From positions 32,001 to 96,000 of the forward strand of contig CAXXUA010000008.1 in NCBI GenBank assembly GCA_963663765.2: 64,000 bases of DNA, in the 5' to 3' direction. The position numbers and the translations under genes were made by a program. The DNA comes from Candidatus Poribacteria bacterium (lineage in GTDB: Bacteria; Poribacteria; WGA-4E; WGA-3G). This document shows, piece after piece, positions 1 to 10,490 of this stretch. The notes beneath the pieces are model-generated. The model made no database searches and was not told where the DNA came from. It saw nothing but the letters and a program-made list of their open reading frames with translations. Within the stretch, counting starts at the first letter, position 1. Every line of letters starts with the position of its first letter.

Positions 1-23
1 GAAATAATAAGACTCTTTCGCAT
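1..23 (-). CDS. 5' end of a gene running off the window (MRKSLII...)
   Basis: AGGAGA RBS followed by ATG at 23-21 on the minus strand; only 7 codons visible. Confidence 0.5.
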
Positions 24-94
24 AATATTCTCCTAATTCTGTTTGGATGATTATCTTCTCAATAATTACAATAAATGATTTCACCAACTTCTCT

Positions 95-1105
95 CTAACG
101 ACGCAGTGGTGTCGGCAGATCGGGGCCGAGGATCGGATGTCCAGCCTTTCTTAACTTTTCACGCACGTCCTCACCTTTGCCACCACTGTTCACAACATCT
201 TCCGCTGTAAGGAACAACGAACTGATCGCACCGATGATGTAAGAAGGTTGTGAGGTTGCCACCGCATATTGATGTGAGCGACGGAACGATGCTAACGCTT
301 TTTGGTAATCACCCATTTGGAAGTAACACATCCCTTCAATCCCAAACGGAAGATAACGCGGATCTAATTCTTGTGCCTTTTGAGCATAACCGAGTGCCTC
401 TTGCGGATTAGAGCCTAAAAGACATTTCGCGAGGTAGTGCAGCACCCACGGGTGATCCGGGTTCATTTCATACAAACGCTGCGCCACTGCTGTCTTTTTT
501 TCTCCATACCTAAGATCGCCTTTATTGCCACCTGCGGATACCCACATCAACAAGGTGTCAAAATCATCAGGATCCTCAGCATACGCAAGGTTCACTAAAT
601 TCCTATCTGTGTGATCAACGCCTCCACCATTGAGCTCAATGCTTAACTGCGCGTATGCAACAAGACCATATTCACGAAGAATTTGGAGGATTTTTTCATA
701 ATGTTCTTCAGCAGTTATCGTCTTTTGTCTTCGGGCTATACGCAATTCATCTAATCTTTCCCCGTACCTTTGCCACCACTCAATAGAAACAAAAAGCGGG
801 TCCCATGGGAAAGGAATACCACCTATATTTTCGCGTGAGATTTCAACAGAGTCGACACCCTTGAGCGTAGCAAGGTATTCCGAATCTGTAAACTGTTCGG
901 CAGATAACTTTGCTGTTTTCCCGCGTGGTTTAGGTTTTGTCCCATTTTGTTTTACACCAGATAAATTATGTGTGCTATCTGGTGTTGATTGATTCGGTGG
1001 TGTAACAGGCGTTTCGGGAGCAGACTTTTGTCCGCATCCTGAACAACCACCTAATAGAATTACTACAAGAAATAAAGTCGCAAAACTTTCAATAGGAAGT
1101 TTCAT
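95..1105 (-). CDS. TPR-repeat lipoprotein (paralog 5)
   Basis: Lipobox LLGG-C, then SGCGQK; C-terminal TPR helices (ALGYAQKAQELDP, YFQMGDYQKALASF); strongly similar to 4320..5324. Confidence 0.85.
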   Translation of the reverse strand: MKLPIESFATLFLVVILLGGCSGCGQKSAPETPVTPPNQSTPDSTHNLSGVKQNGTKPKPRGKTAKLSAEQFTDSEYLATLKGVDSVEISRENIGGIPFPWDPLFVSIEWWQRYGERLDELRIARRQKTITAEEHYEKILQILREYGLVAYAQLSIELNGGGVDHTDRNLVNLAYAEDPDDFDTLLMWVSAGGNKGDLRYGEKKTAVAQRLYEMNPDHPWVLHYLAKCLLGSNPQEALGYAQKAQELDPRYLPFGIEGMCYFQMGDYQKALASFRRSHQYAVATSQPSYIIGAISSLFLTAEDVVNSGGKGEDVREKLRKAGHPILGPDLPTPLRR

Positions 1106-1209
1106 TGTTTTCCACTTTTAATTTGTTCCCTTTGCGTGCTGTCATAACAATAGCATTTACTTTGTATTCTTGCCACCATTTTGTCACGTTATAAGATTCT
1201 CTGGTTCAG
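1101..1209. repeat. ~110-bp shared cassette-junction block, copy 1 (others at 2862-2970 and 5320-5429)
   Basis: Near-identical ttcattgttt...atagcattt.ctttgtattcttgccaccattttgtcacgt.ata.gattctctggttca at three sites, each directly upstream of a TPR lipoprotein start. Confidence 0.9.
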
Positions 1210-1325
1210 CTCGAACGTTGTTGTCTTATCATCCCCGTTTGCCTGGACATCAGTAGAAACATAGTCCGAAAACAAATAGAAAAAAGTAAGACAATAATTA
1301 GGAAAAGACACTTCGTGTTTCGCAT
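1110..1325 (-). pseudogene. Relic N-terminus of a secreted protein (homologous to the start of 3610..4203)
   Basis: GGAG RBS + MRNTKCLFLIIVLLFSICF signal peptide; frameshifted ...TTTFEL/EPEN..., then TKWWQEYK matching TEWRPGYK. Confidence 0.65.
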
Positions 1326-1330
1326 CAGTT

Positions 1331-2866
1331 TTACTCCAATCCCAAGCGTTTGCGTTGTTCCGTACGCTCTCTTTTAACGTTTTTTTCAATCTGTTTGCGG
1401 AACGCGTCATCTTTTAACTCAAGAATCCAGTGTAGTCTGTACAGTGCCCCCATAATGTCGGGGGACACATTATCACCTGCGGATTCAAATACTCTTTGAT
1501 ATTCTGCTAACGCCTTTTCATACTGACCTGTATACATATAACAATCTCCAAGAAGCATGGAATTTGCGTAGTGTTTCGGTTCAAGTTCGAATACCTTTTT
1601 TACGTATCCGAGGGCTTCTTCAGGGTACACTATATAGATACTCCGAGCTAAGCCGTATAACACTTTGTGGTGATTTGGATTCATTTCATATAGACTCCGA
1701 TATATCTCTATCTTTTTTCTTTTATGTGTGTAATCAATTTCATTTTTAAGTGTTGATACAGCATATTCTGCCCAGAACAGCATGGTTTCAAAGTCATTCG
1801 GGTTTTTCGCGAGTGCTTTATCAAGATAGGGACGTGCTGCTTTCCTTGAAATGTTATTGCTAATAAGGGCACGTGCTGCTGCCATTTCATCTCGTCCTTC
1901 AACGAGCATCTTAATCCTTTTTCTATCACGTTCATCAGTTGATAAACCTTTTGTTTCTTCCATTGCGTCCGGTTTGTTTTGTTTCATATTTTCCAGTTCA
2001 TGATTGTAATCATGTGTCTTTTGTCCGCAGCCAGAGCATCCTCCAAGCAGTGTAACTGCTATCAGAAGTAACATTGCAAGGTTTTCCAATACCTTCGCCA
2101 TTTTTGAGTGCTTCAGTTGAATGAGTATATAGTGTTGATCTACCATTGCTCTGTGATATTGTTAGGATTATATAAATAAAAATAACTTCAGGTTTTCGTT
2201 GAAGTATTTTTTTATCATAGCAGGGTTATTTAGTTTTAAGAGTTTTCTGTTATTGAGATTTACTGAAAGTTAATACCCAGGTTTGGTTTCCTAACCGAAC
2301 TTTCTGCATCAGTTTTAGATTATTGAAAAATGAATATCGCTCTTTAGTGGTTCTTTCGGCAATTAATTTTAGCATAAAATAAAAGTCCAATGCTGAAGAA
2401 CCCCGTAGTCATCTGTTTAAGCAGTAGATCATCAATGGAAACATATAAGAAATACTTAGCAAGAAAACCATTTAGTCCCGTAGGGACGATATGTTTATAG
2501 AAAACGAATACCCTCCCCAGTTCTTTAGTCCCGTAGGGACGATATGTTTGTTTTTCTATGTCGTTCCTACGGAACTCAAGAGGGATAGATAACATGTTTC
2601 TATAAACATATCGTTCCTACGGGACTAAAGACATGGACAAGATGGCAACACATAAAATTAACGACATAGCAAAATATTATCAATAATATTGAAAACTGAA
2701 TAACCCTGTTATCACATCCTCTAATTTGACAATAGAAATGACTATATCAGCAATCTGACAGAATAATTTATAGGCACAATCTGGCAGAATGTGCTACAAC
2801 TGCCCGCACAATCTGGAAGAATGTCTATTATTGGCGAAGGTATTGGTTTTCAATACGAAGTTTCAT
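1331..2866 (-). CDS. TPR lipoprotein (paralog 4), interrupted after MKLRIEN by the MITE at 2087-2845; possible rescued start at 2101
   Basis: Original ATG AAA CTT CGT ATT GAA AAC at 2866; body ENLAMLLLIAVTLLGGCSGCGQK resumes at 2086; TPR motifs. Confidence 0.8.
2221..2708. mobile_element. Nested MITE with CAGGGTTATT(C/T)AGTTTT ends (ISAs1-like termini) carrying GTAGGGACG REP-like hairpins
   Basis: TIR pair; same ends at 23813, 23944, 28577 and 36331. Confidence 0.85.
2349..2469. mobile_element. 121-bp MITE with GGTT(C/T)T ends (ISL3-like) inserted in a REP unit
   Basis: Second copy, inverted, at 45611-45731 in the same REP position; ~7-bp actaaa(g/t) duplication. Confidence 0.75.
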
Positions 2867-3030
2867 TGTTTTCTCCTTTTAATTTGTTCCCTCTGCGTGC
2901 TGTCACAATAATAGCATTTGCTTTGTATTCTTGCCACCATTTTGTCACGTTATAGGATTCTCTGGTTCAAGCGTAAGTGTGAATATAGGCAGAGATGCAA
3001 AACCAGTAAAGCGTGTTAATAATAAGAGTT
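2862..3030 (-). pseudogene. Relic secreted-protein N-terminus plus shared junction block (copy 2)
   Basis: Translates LLLLTRFTGFASLPIFTLTLEPENPIT*, homologous to TPTFTLDFEPANPT. Confidence 0.65.
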
Positions 3031-3347
3031 ATGTTGGTATAATTTTAACATTTCGGGGTTGATGTGCGTTTTATTGCACGTTTGCACCCCATAGTAACTC
3101 AATGAATAATGTGCAACAGATTCAGGTTCAGTAGCAATCTATTCAACTAACCTAAACGTATCGGATCCCCGCATTTGCCGTTGCTCAGACCCTTCGTCCT
3201 TGGCATTCGGTTTGTGTCCTTGGGATTGAAAACCTTACCATGTCTGAAAATTCCTTATATTTATATCAAACCGAATGTTGTCCTATTTAACTGACATCCC
3301 CTATTATTATATTGGTTTCAAAGAATGTTAACCTAAAAATTATATCG

Positions 3348-3530
3348 GGATGTGTGAAGTATTTGTAGAAACCTTGATAATAAAAGAAGTCCGTCCAGTT
3401 TCTATTAAAGTTTGCTTGACGTTAGGGAACTGTAGACATCGTAGGGGCAAGGTTTCCTCGCCTATGTGAAGCCTCTGTTCGGGCGGGGAGACCCAGCCCC
3501 TACGCACAGTAACCAAAACTTTACACACCC
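3348..3530. mobile_element. MITE with GG(G)TGTGTAAA-type ends (IS256-like) carrying a GTAGGGGC..GCCCCTAC REP pair
   Basis: ggatgtgtgaag / ctttacacaccc ends; flanking ttatatc duplication. Confidence 0.7.
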
Positions 3531-3609
3531 TTATATCAGTATTACCGTTAGATGTTAGATTGAAACGGCGTTCCGGGATGTCAAACAGGATTTTGGGTTT
3601 GATACATAT

Positions 3610-4203
3610 CAACTCCGATGATGTGCTCCCTGAACGGGGGTCTTCGTAGTTGAAGGTAGCACTTGCTGATAAAATGCCGACTGCCGCATAATCATTAGCA
3701 CGAACAGAGACAATTACACTGCTAATACCTGTTCCAGTCACATTAAGTTTCAATCCTGTTGTAAGCGGATTATTGTTCTCATCCACCTCTCCTGGCACTG
3801 TTTCGGCGTTTGTTTTCGTATCTATTTTTTCCACCGTATATGTATAACCAGAACCGCTGGGATTATCTTTCTTACGAAAATACAAATCATAAGAGGTGCC
3901 CGTATCCGGATCCCCGTTATAATTCATGCACACACCTTTCCACCGAGATACTGAGCTAAGCGTAAACGTAAAAGTCACCGAACCAAATGTAACGTCTTGA
4001 TTTGACGATGTCGTGCCTTTGAGCGTAGCAACAAATGACGCATTCGTTTTATATCCCGGTCGCCATTCTGTTGCCCATTCCGTCGGATTCGCCGGTTCAA
4101 AATCAAGTGTAAACGTTGGTGTCGCTGCAGCAAGATCTATTAGATACACCACACAAAATACAAATAAAAAAAGATATTGAAAAATCCAATATTTCTGTTT
4201 CAT
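3610..4203 (-). pseudogene. Secreted beta-rich protein, 3'-truncated by mobile elements
   Basis: GGAG RBS, signal peptide, Thr/Ser/Gly-rich beta-strand sequence; the ORF tail below ~3610 reads through MITE DNA. Confidence 0.7.
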
Positions 4204-4319
4204 GCTAGAACTCCTTAATAAAGTTTTTTCGGAATATATATATATATATGACTCTGATAGAAAAACCTATAAAAGTTTATCTTGAAACCTATTATCTAAA
4301 ATCATTACTTAATTTTTTT

Positions 4320-5324
4320 CTAACGATAAAGTATTGGTAGATCCAGTCCTAGTATTGGTTGTCCTGCTTTTCTAATCTTTTCACGGACATCTTCTCCAAC
4401 TCCATTATTATTTACAACTTTTTTGGTATCCTCCACCCACCAAGCGATCGCACGTATTATATACGATGGTGAAGTTGCTACAGCAGCTGCGTGTGAGCGT
4501 TTAAACGATGCCAATGCTTTCTTGTAGTCACCCATTTGGTAATAACAGAGACCTTCAACACCCAAGTGAAGATAACCAGGGTCCAATTCCTGTGCCTTTT
4601 GGGCATAGCCGAGTGCCTCTTCAGGATGTGTTCCCAAAATACACATTGCGAGTTTATGCAACACCCAAGGATGATTAGAGTTCATTTGATATAAACGACG
4701 TGTCGCCGCAGTTTTTTCTTTACCGTAAAGATCTGTGAGATTTTCTCCTGCAAATACCCATGTGAGTAATGTGTCAAAATCATCTGGATTTTCCTTATAC
4801 GCAAGATCCGCTAATGCGATCATCCTATCGTCAATAGAACCTCCACTTAAATCAAGCACTATCCGCGCCCAAGTTAGAATTCCGAGGTCCCGGAAAAGTT
4901 GAAGATGTTTTTCATTAAACTCATCAATAGTTAACTCACCTGCTCGCCAGCGTTCGTACAAGTCCCTTTCTACTCTTATTATTTTTTTCCATGTTTCAAG
5001 ATGAACAATAGTCGGTTCCCACGGGAACGGTATCCCGCCATCGTGTTCGCGTGCTACTTGTATATATTCTACATCCTTAAGTGACGCAAGGTAATTCAAA
5101 TCACTGAAGTTCTTTGGAGATAACTTTGCTGTTTTTCCGCGTGATTTGGGGTTTGTCTTATTCTGCTTTACACCAGATAACTTAGATGTGCTATCTGGTG
5201 TTGATTGATTCGGTGGTGTAACAGGCGTTTCGGGAACGGTCTTTTGTCCGCATCCTGAACAACCACCGAGTAGGATTACTGCTATTAAAAATAATGTTGC
5301 AAGGTTTTCAATACGAAGTTTCAT
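4320..5324 (-). CDS. TPR lipoprotein (paralog 3)
   Basis: True start MKLRIEN at 5324 after AGGAG; lipobox and TPR repeats. Confidence 0.85.
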   Translation of the reverse strand: MKLRIENLATLFLIAVILLGGCSGCGQKTVPETPVTPPNQSTPDSTSKLSGVKQNKTNPKSRGKTAKLSPKNFSDLNYLASLKDVEYIQVAREHDGGIPFPWEPTIVHLETWKKIIRVERDLYERWRAGELTIDEFNEKHLQLFRDLGILTWARIVLDLSGGSIDDRMIALADLAYKENPDDFDTLLTWVFAGENLTDLYGKEKTAATRRLYQMNSNHPWVLHKLAMCILGTHPEEALGYAQKAQELDPGYLHLGVEGLCYYQMGDYKKALASFKRSHAAAVATSPSYIIRAIAWWVEDTKKVVNNNGVGEDVREKIRKAGQPILGLDLPILYR

Positions 5325-5403
5325 TTGTTTTCTCCTTTTAATTTGTACCCTTTGCATGCTGTCGCAATAATAGCATTTGCTTTGTATTCTTGCCACCATT
5401 TTG

Positions 5404-5556
5404 TCACGTCATAGGATTCTCTGGTTCAAGTGTAAGTGTAAATGTAGAGGCAGAGATGGCAAGACAAGTTAGATGTAACACACAAAATACACATATATTG
5501 AGTAATACAAGAAACAGATGTTTTTCTGAGAAAAAGATAAATTGTTTACGTGGCAT
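5404..5556 (-). pseudogene. Relic secreted-protein N-terminus (50 aa) plus shared junction block (copy 3)
   Basis: MPRKQFIFFSEKHLFLVLLNICVFCVLHLTCLAISASTFTLTLEPENPMT*; continues out of frame as TKWWQEYKANAIIATACKG. Confidence 0.75.
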
Positions 5557-5560
5557 TTTT

Positions 5561-5988
5561 CTATTCCTTGTTTTGTTGCATTGAAGGTTGTTTTTTATTG
5601 AGATGAATATAAGGGGAAGTGCGTTCGGGTGGTCCGGTAAACACTTCGGACGCTTGAAAGTAACTCAGCGACTTTTCATATTCTCCCAAACCGTAATAGA
5701 TAACCCCTAATTGATATATGTGGGCATACCAGAAAAACTTTTTATGATATAGTTTTTCAAAATAAGGAATTGCCTCGCGCCGATGCGCGTCCGATGAATC
5801 AGGCTCTGTTGAAATAAACTTCGCCAATTTATATAATGCTTTTATTGAGTCAGGATACATTTTGACAAGTCTACGTAAAACTGTTTCGGTTTCCTCACGT
5901 TGCCCAAGTCTTTCAAGCCTATTGGAATAGATTAACCCGGTATAAAGGTCATCGGGGTTTTCCTTATACGCTTGGTAAAACAGATAAT
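5561..5988 (-). pseudogene. 5'-truncated TPR lipoprotein (paralog 2)
   Basis: QAYKENPDD...AIPYFEK...YYGLGEYEKSLSYFQA matches 7419..8351; 5' end removed at the IS end. Confidence 0.8.
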
Positions 5989-7410
5989 CTGACATTTATC
6001 ACAAGGTTGTTTATACTGCTAACAATCAATGTATAGAAGGGATAGTGTTATGAAAATGCGATTTGATTTTATTGATTTTTCTTGACTTTTAGCACATGAG
6101 ATATCATCTCTAAAGTTTTTTCAAACACTTCTCTACTCTAATTTTTGAAAAATGACATCGTAACTTGAAGAAACCTTACTTTTACTTTCAACCGGTCATC
6201 TATTTGGACTTTACAATTTGAATCAAATAGCAGACGCATTGTCTAAACCGAAAGCGAAACTCTATCGGTGTCTAAAAAGTTTCAGCCTTTATCAGTGGCG
6301 GTGTTTATTAGTGCGTATCGGGTGTTCCATTGCAATCCAAGAGATACGTGATACCGAATCTAAAAGTGCTTCTACACAATCCCGTCGTCGCATTACAATC
6401 AGTGTAGATAATACAAATGACCAGAGATATGGCAAACTGTTGTCATACTGCTTCAGTTGGTGGTCAAAAAAAGACAATAAATCGGTTCAAGGTCGGAATA
6501 TATTAGGCATCACCATCAAGAATGGGGATACGATCATTCCTCTCAACCTCCGTATTGTTAGCAAACAAGGGCGTGGCAACACTGATAAACCGAGTCTTTT
6601 TGTAGCTATACTCAAAGAAGTCCTAAGTTTCTTTGATGATGCGGGTATTGATATAAGAAAATATCCGCATCACTGTTGATTCGTGGTATGTCGGTAAAAA
6701 ACTTACCGACATTCTGTCTGAAATGGGATTTGATAGCATACTCATTCACGGGAAAAACAACTATGTGATGGACATTGATAACAAGTCCAAAAAACTTTCG
6801 GAACACAAAAAGGAAGTAGAACTGAACACGGAAAAATGGGGGTGTGATAAACCTCATTATCGCACCCAAGCGACAAGTCGGACATTCGGCTCTCTTGTGC
6901 TTCTCTTTTTTTTAGATATGAAGTCATAGTGAGTAAAACATAAGGATATGGTGAAATGGGGAAAGAAAGAGAGATAATTTGTGTCCTTTTCTTTCTGCTT
7001 TAGATTTCCATTTACTTTGAATTCTTAACTCTTACTCGCTACAAGTTCTATGGGAAAAATCCGAACGATGCTGGTATTCGGTAAATCCTTACGGGCGTGT
7101 GAGATACTCAGGATTTGGTCTCAACACTACGGTATAGAACAATTTTGGCGACACCTAAAAACAGATTTGAAATTATCAAAAATAGGATTACGGAAACAGC
7201 AAGGCGCGTATGCCAGTTTAGGTATAAAAGTGTTGAGCTATCTCCTATTACAAAATATGAGTCGTTTGCAACACAAAACATTTCATCAAATACAACTTGA
7301 ACTTACAGGAAAAAGAAATATGCTGTTAGAACTAAAAAAGCATTTTCATGAATAAATACCAACTAAACAATGATAAACATTGAAATCTCAAGAACTTTGA
7401 GAAATATCAG
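5989..7410 (+). mobile_element. Degraded IS (IS701/ISH3-like DDE transposase pseudogene, ~6050-7355)
   Basis: Imperfect TIRs CTGACATTTATCACAAG / CTGATATTTCTCAAAG; DDE motifs ISVD, (I)TVDSWY and IEQFWRHLK; stop codon, +1 frameshift near 6668 and internal MITE; no TSD. Confidence 0.85.
6920..7048. mobile_element. 129-bp MITE inside the transposase
   Basis: TIRs GAAGTCATAGTGAGTAA / GAACTTGTAGCGAGTAA, TAT duplication; removal restores LFFLDMGKIRT. Confidence 0.8.
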
Positions 7411-7418
7411 TATGTTTA

Positions 7419-8351
7419 TTAATCATTGAATTGATTCTCCTTTTCATTATAGGAAAGATGACGTTTAACAGCAGAAATAAACTCTGATGAAACGTCACCA
7501 GGACCACCTGTTATCACTTCAACAGCTTGAAAGTACTTTAGTGCTTTGTTGTATTTTCTTAACCCGAAATAGGCTTCTCCTAATGCAAGGATGGGGCCAT
7601 ACCAATCAGTGTTCAAACGATATGCCTTTTCCAGATAAGGAATGGCTTCATGAGGTACAGGATGATTATCTACAATAAACTGTCCTAAGGTATATAATGC
7701 TAATATTGAATCTGGACGCAATCTAACAGCCCTTCGGAGTCCTGCTTCTGCTTCACCAGGTTTGTCATGGGCATGTAGTTTACTCCAATATATAAGTATG
7801 TAAAAATTATTAGGATTTTCTATGTATGCTTGTTCAACCAACAAATTTGCCTGCTTACTCATTCCTCCCATTTCATACAGAAATGTGATGGCAGCGAGTG
7901 TATCTAATCCTTTTGTAACAATTGATGCGACTTCTTGATCCGCATCTTCTTCAGGAAGAAATGCACCGTTGAACTTATTTAATTTCTTCTTTTTTTCTTT
8001 TGGGTATTGAATATACCAGAAACCGTTTTCATCTATCTTAAAGTGATCCGGATTATTCTTGACGTAGACTGGTATAGCGAACGGATTTTTAGGGGTTCTG
8101 TAGTGACCATAAGGTCTGTGTGGTGGAATTTTAGGAAAAACAATAGACTTGAAAAACGTATCGCTTTCCAGGGCTTCGGGTACTTTGGTGTATGCAGTGC
8201 TATGGTGATCATGTTTGGAATTTACCACGTCATTTGGTAATTGTTTATCTGGTGCGGTTTTTTTCTCCTTTTGCTCACACCCCGAACAACCACTGAGTAG
8301 GATTACTGCTATCATTAGTAATGTTGCAAGGTTTTCAATACGAAGTTTCAT
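7419..8351 (-). CDS. TPR lipoprotein (paralog 1)
   Basis: MKLRIENLATLLMIAVILLSGC lipobox; TPR repeats. Confidence 0.85.
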   Translation of the reverse strand: MKLRIENLATLLMIAVILLSGCSGCEQKEKKTAPDKQLPNDVVNSKHDHHSTAYTKVPEALESDTFFKSIVFPKIPPHRPYGHYRTPKNPFAIPVYVKNNPDHFKIDENGFWYIQYPKEKKKKLNKFNGAFLPEEDADQEVASIVTKGLDTLAAITFLYEMGGMSKQANLLVEQAYIENPNNFYILIYWSKLHAHDKPGEAEAGLRRAVRLRPDSILALYTLGQFIVDNHPVPHEAIPYLEKAYRLNTDWYGPILALGEAYFGLRKYNKALKYFQAVEVITGGPGDVSSEFISAVKRHLSYNEKENQFND

Positions 8352-8743
8352 TGTTTTTTCTTTTTAACTCAATTTGCTAACTCTCACCATGAACAACTGA
8401 GACATCATTAGATTAATCAGATAAGGCATTTTTCTTGAATCTCATGTCTACTTCATCATCTATTTTAACGCCAATACGGACAGTGTGCCAGCGTTTTGCT
8501 GCGTGTGCATAGATAAACGCATTTTTGTATCCGCATTATATACCGAGACAGATATGCCGATGGGTGTATATGCTGCTTGTTCTTCATCTGTAATCGTAGT
8601 CCCACTATCACCCCGTGGAGGTGTCTATGTCAAATTCGTCTGACTATCACATGAAGCGACACGTAAAATTTTCGGGGGACCAGGACATAGATTTGCAAAA
8701 CTATTGTTACCAACTTGGATGAACAATACTATTAAGACAGTGT

Positions 8744-9025
8744 TTAGCTCAGTTCTTTGAGTAGAGTAACAGAATCCACTATCCCAACAATCGCCACATC
8801 TACCGGCATCCGCTTACCGGGTTGCACACCAACAGCATCACCACCAGTAACGATGTATACAGTCTCACCAACACCTGCATCCTGCAGTGTATCCACTGCG
8901 ACAAGTGGTTCCGCAATAGGATTATGTTTTTCATCTAAAGGTTGTACAATGAGAAGACGTGTGCCTTCTAAACTTGGATCTTTTCGCGTTGCAACTACAG
9001 TGCCTATGACTTTACCTATATCCAT
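8744..9025 (-). CDS. EutN/CcmL family microcompartment vertex (BMC-P) protein
   Basis: GKVIGTVVATRK...LVAVD..AGVGETV...DVAIVGIVD signature. Confidence 0.93.
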   Translation of the reverse strand: MDIGKVIGTVVATRKDPSLEGTRLLIVQPLDEKHNPIAEPLVAVDTLQDAGVGETVYIVTGGDAVGVQPGKRMPVDVAIVGIVDSVTLLKELS

Positions 9026-9056
9026 TTAGTATTCTCTCAATTTGAAATAATTCATT

Positions 9057-10478
9057 TTATTTTATGCCGTACTCATTCAACTTAGTGTGAAGAGTGTTTC
9101 GGTTAATTCCAAGAATCTCAGACGCTTTGCTACGGTTCCCTTCAGTATGTTCAAGCACGATTTCAAAGAGTGGTTTCTCAAAAATTGCTCGGATTGCAGC
9201 GTGTAATTCTCCTTCCTCTGCATCAGAATCCAGATAACGTGCTACTTCTCCTTGTAATAAAGTGAAGACCTGTTGATCCAAATCTTGATTGTCTAAAGTA
9301 CTATCCGGTGTTTTATCAAAAATTTGTGAAAAATGCTCTTTGAGTAACATCTGTCCAGAACACATTACAAGTGCGCGTTTGATAGCATTCTCAAGTTCAC
9401 GAACATTACCAGGCCACGGGTATTCCGCCAGTTTATTGATTGTCTCAGAAGAAATCCCGACTTTGGGCAGTTCATATTCTTGTGCAAATTGACTTGTAAA
9501 AAGGTCTATCAGTACCGGAATATCCTCTTTACGTTCTCTGAGGGGTGGCAGCGAAATAGGAATCACATTCAGCCGGTAGTATAGATCATCGCGAAATGTT
9601 TTCTGTGAAACCGCAGTAACAAGCTTTCGGTTCGTTGCAGCAATGATACGCACATCTATAGGACGTGTGTTATTACTACCGACAGGTTCAATCTCACGTT
9701 CTTGAAGCACACGTAACAACTTCATCTGGATTTCAATCGGTAACTCCCCAATTTCGTCAAGAAAAATAGTGCCACTATCTGCTTGTTCAAACTTACCTTT
9801 CCTATCCGTGTGTGCATCCGTAAACGCACCTTTGACATGACCGAAAAGCGTGCTTTCTATTAGACTTGAGGGAATCGCACTACAATCAACAACGACAAAT
9901 GGATTATCACTGCGGGGACTGTTTTGATGTATCAATTCCGCCACGAGTTCTTTACCCGTACCGCTTTCACCCATAATAAGCACGGTCTCATCACTGACTG
10001 CAGCTCGACCAATTATTTGATAGACTGCTTGCATAGCAGGACTCTGACCGACCATCTTACCTTGACCGTTTGTGTCAATAGATGTAATTTCTGCTTGGAC
10101 GTTTTTGGTCTGGTTCGTTGCGGATGCAGCGCGCGATACAAGGTCTAACAGATTCTTTAGATCTATAGGTTTGGTAAGATAACTGTAAGCTTGGCGTTTG
10201 GACGCTTCAATGGCAGTTTGTGTTGTGCCGTGTCCAGTAATAATGATGATTGATGCAGTAGGATTCAGTTCTTGAATAGATTCTATCAAGTCCAACCCAT
10301 GTGAATCTCCTAAGAAGATGTCAAGTAAAATGACATCAAACTCATCCTTCTCAACACTATCAATTGCTTCTTTTCCGTTTTGTGCTTTGAAGGTGTCGTA
10401 ACCTGCTTTTTTAAGAGCAGAACTCAAAACTGAACGTAGACTGTGATCATCATCGGCAATTAGCACTGAATACGGCAT
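9057..10478 (-). CDS. Sigma-54-dependent NtrC-family response regulator
   Basis: Receiver domain, GESGTGKE, GAFTDA, FLDEIGE, WPGNVRELEN, Fis-type HTH. Confidence 0.95.
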   Translation of the reverse strand: MPYSVLIADDDHSLRSVLSSALKKAGYDTFKAQNGKEAIDSVEKDEFDVILLDIFLGDSHGLDLIESIQELNPTASIIIITGHGTTQTAIEASKRQAYSYLTKPIDLKNLLDLVSRAASATNQTKNVQAEITSIDTNGQGKMVGQSPAMQAVYQIIGRAAVSDETVLIMGESGTGKELVAELIHQNSPRSDNPFVVVDCSAIPSSLIESTLFGHVKGAFTDAHTDRKGKFEQADSGTIFLDEIGELPIEIQMKLLRVLQEREIEPVGSNNTRPIDVRIIAATNRKLVTAVSQKTFRDDLYYRLNVIPISLPPLRERKEDIPVLIDLFTSQFAQEYELPKVGISSETINKLAEYPWPGNVRELENAIKRALVMCSGQMLLKEHFSQIFDKTPDSTLDNQDLDQQVFTLLQGEVARYLDSDAEEGELHAAIRAIFEKPLFEIVLEHTEGNRSKASEILGINRNTLHTKLNEYGIK

Positions 10479-10490
10479 ATTTTTTGTTTC

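Larger units (their letters stand above)
2087..2845. mobile_element. MITE with CAATACCTTCGCCA terminal inverted repeats and 6-bp TSD GTTTTC; carries nested elements
   Basis: TIRs at both ends; GTTTTC duplicated on the flanks; second copy at 29171-29547. Confidence 0.9.

Noticed and set aside
2344-2595. Small ORFs within repeat elements (also 21162, 30498, 45294, 56370)
   Set aside because: They are translations of MITE/REP DNA with no coding signal.
95-5324. Diversity-generating retroelement acting on the TPR paralogs
   Set aside because: No reverse transcriptase in the window, and the differences between copies are not adenine-specific.
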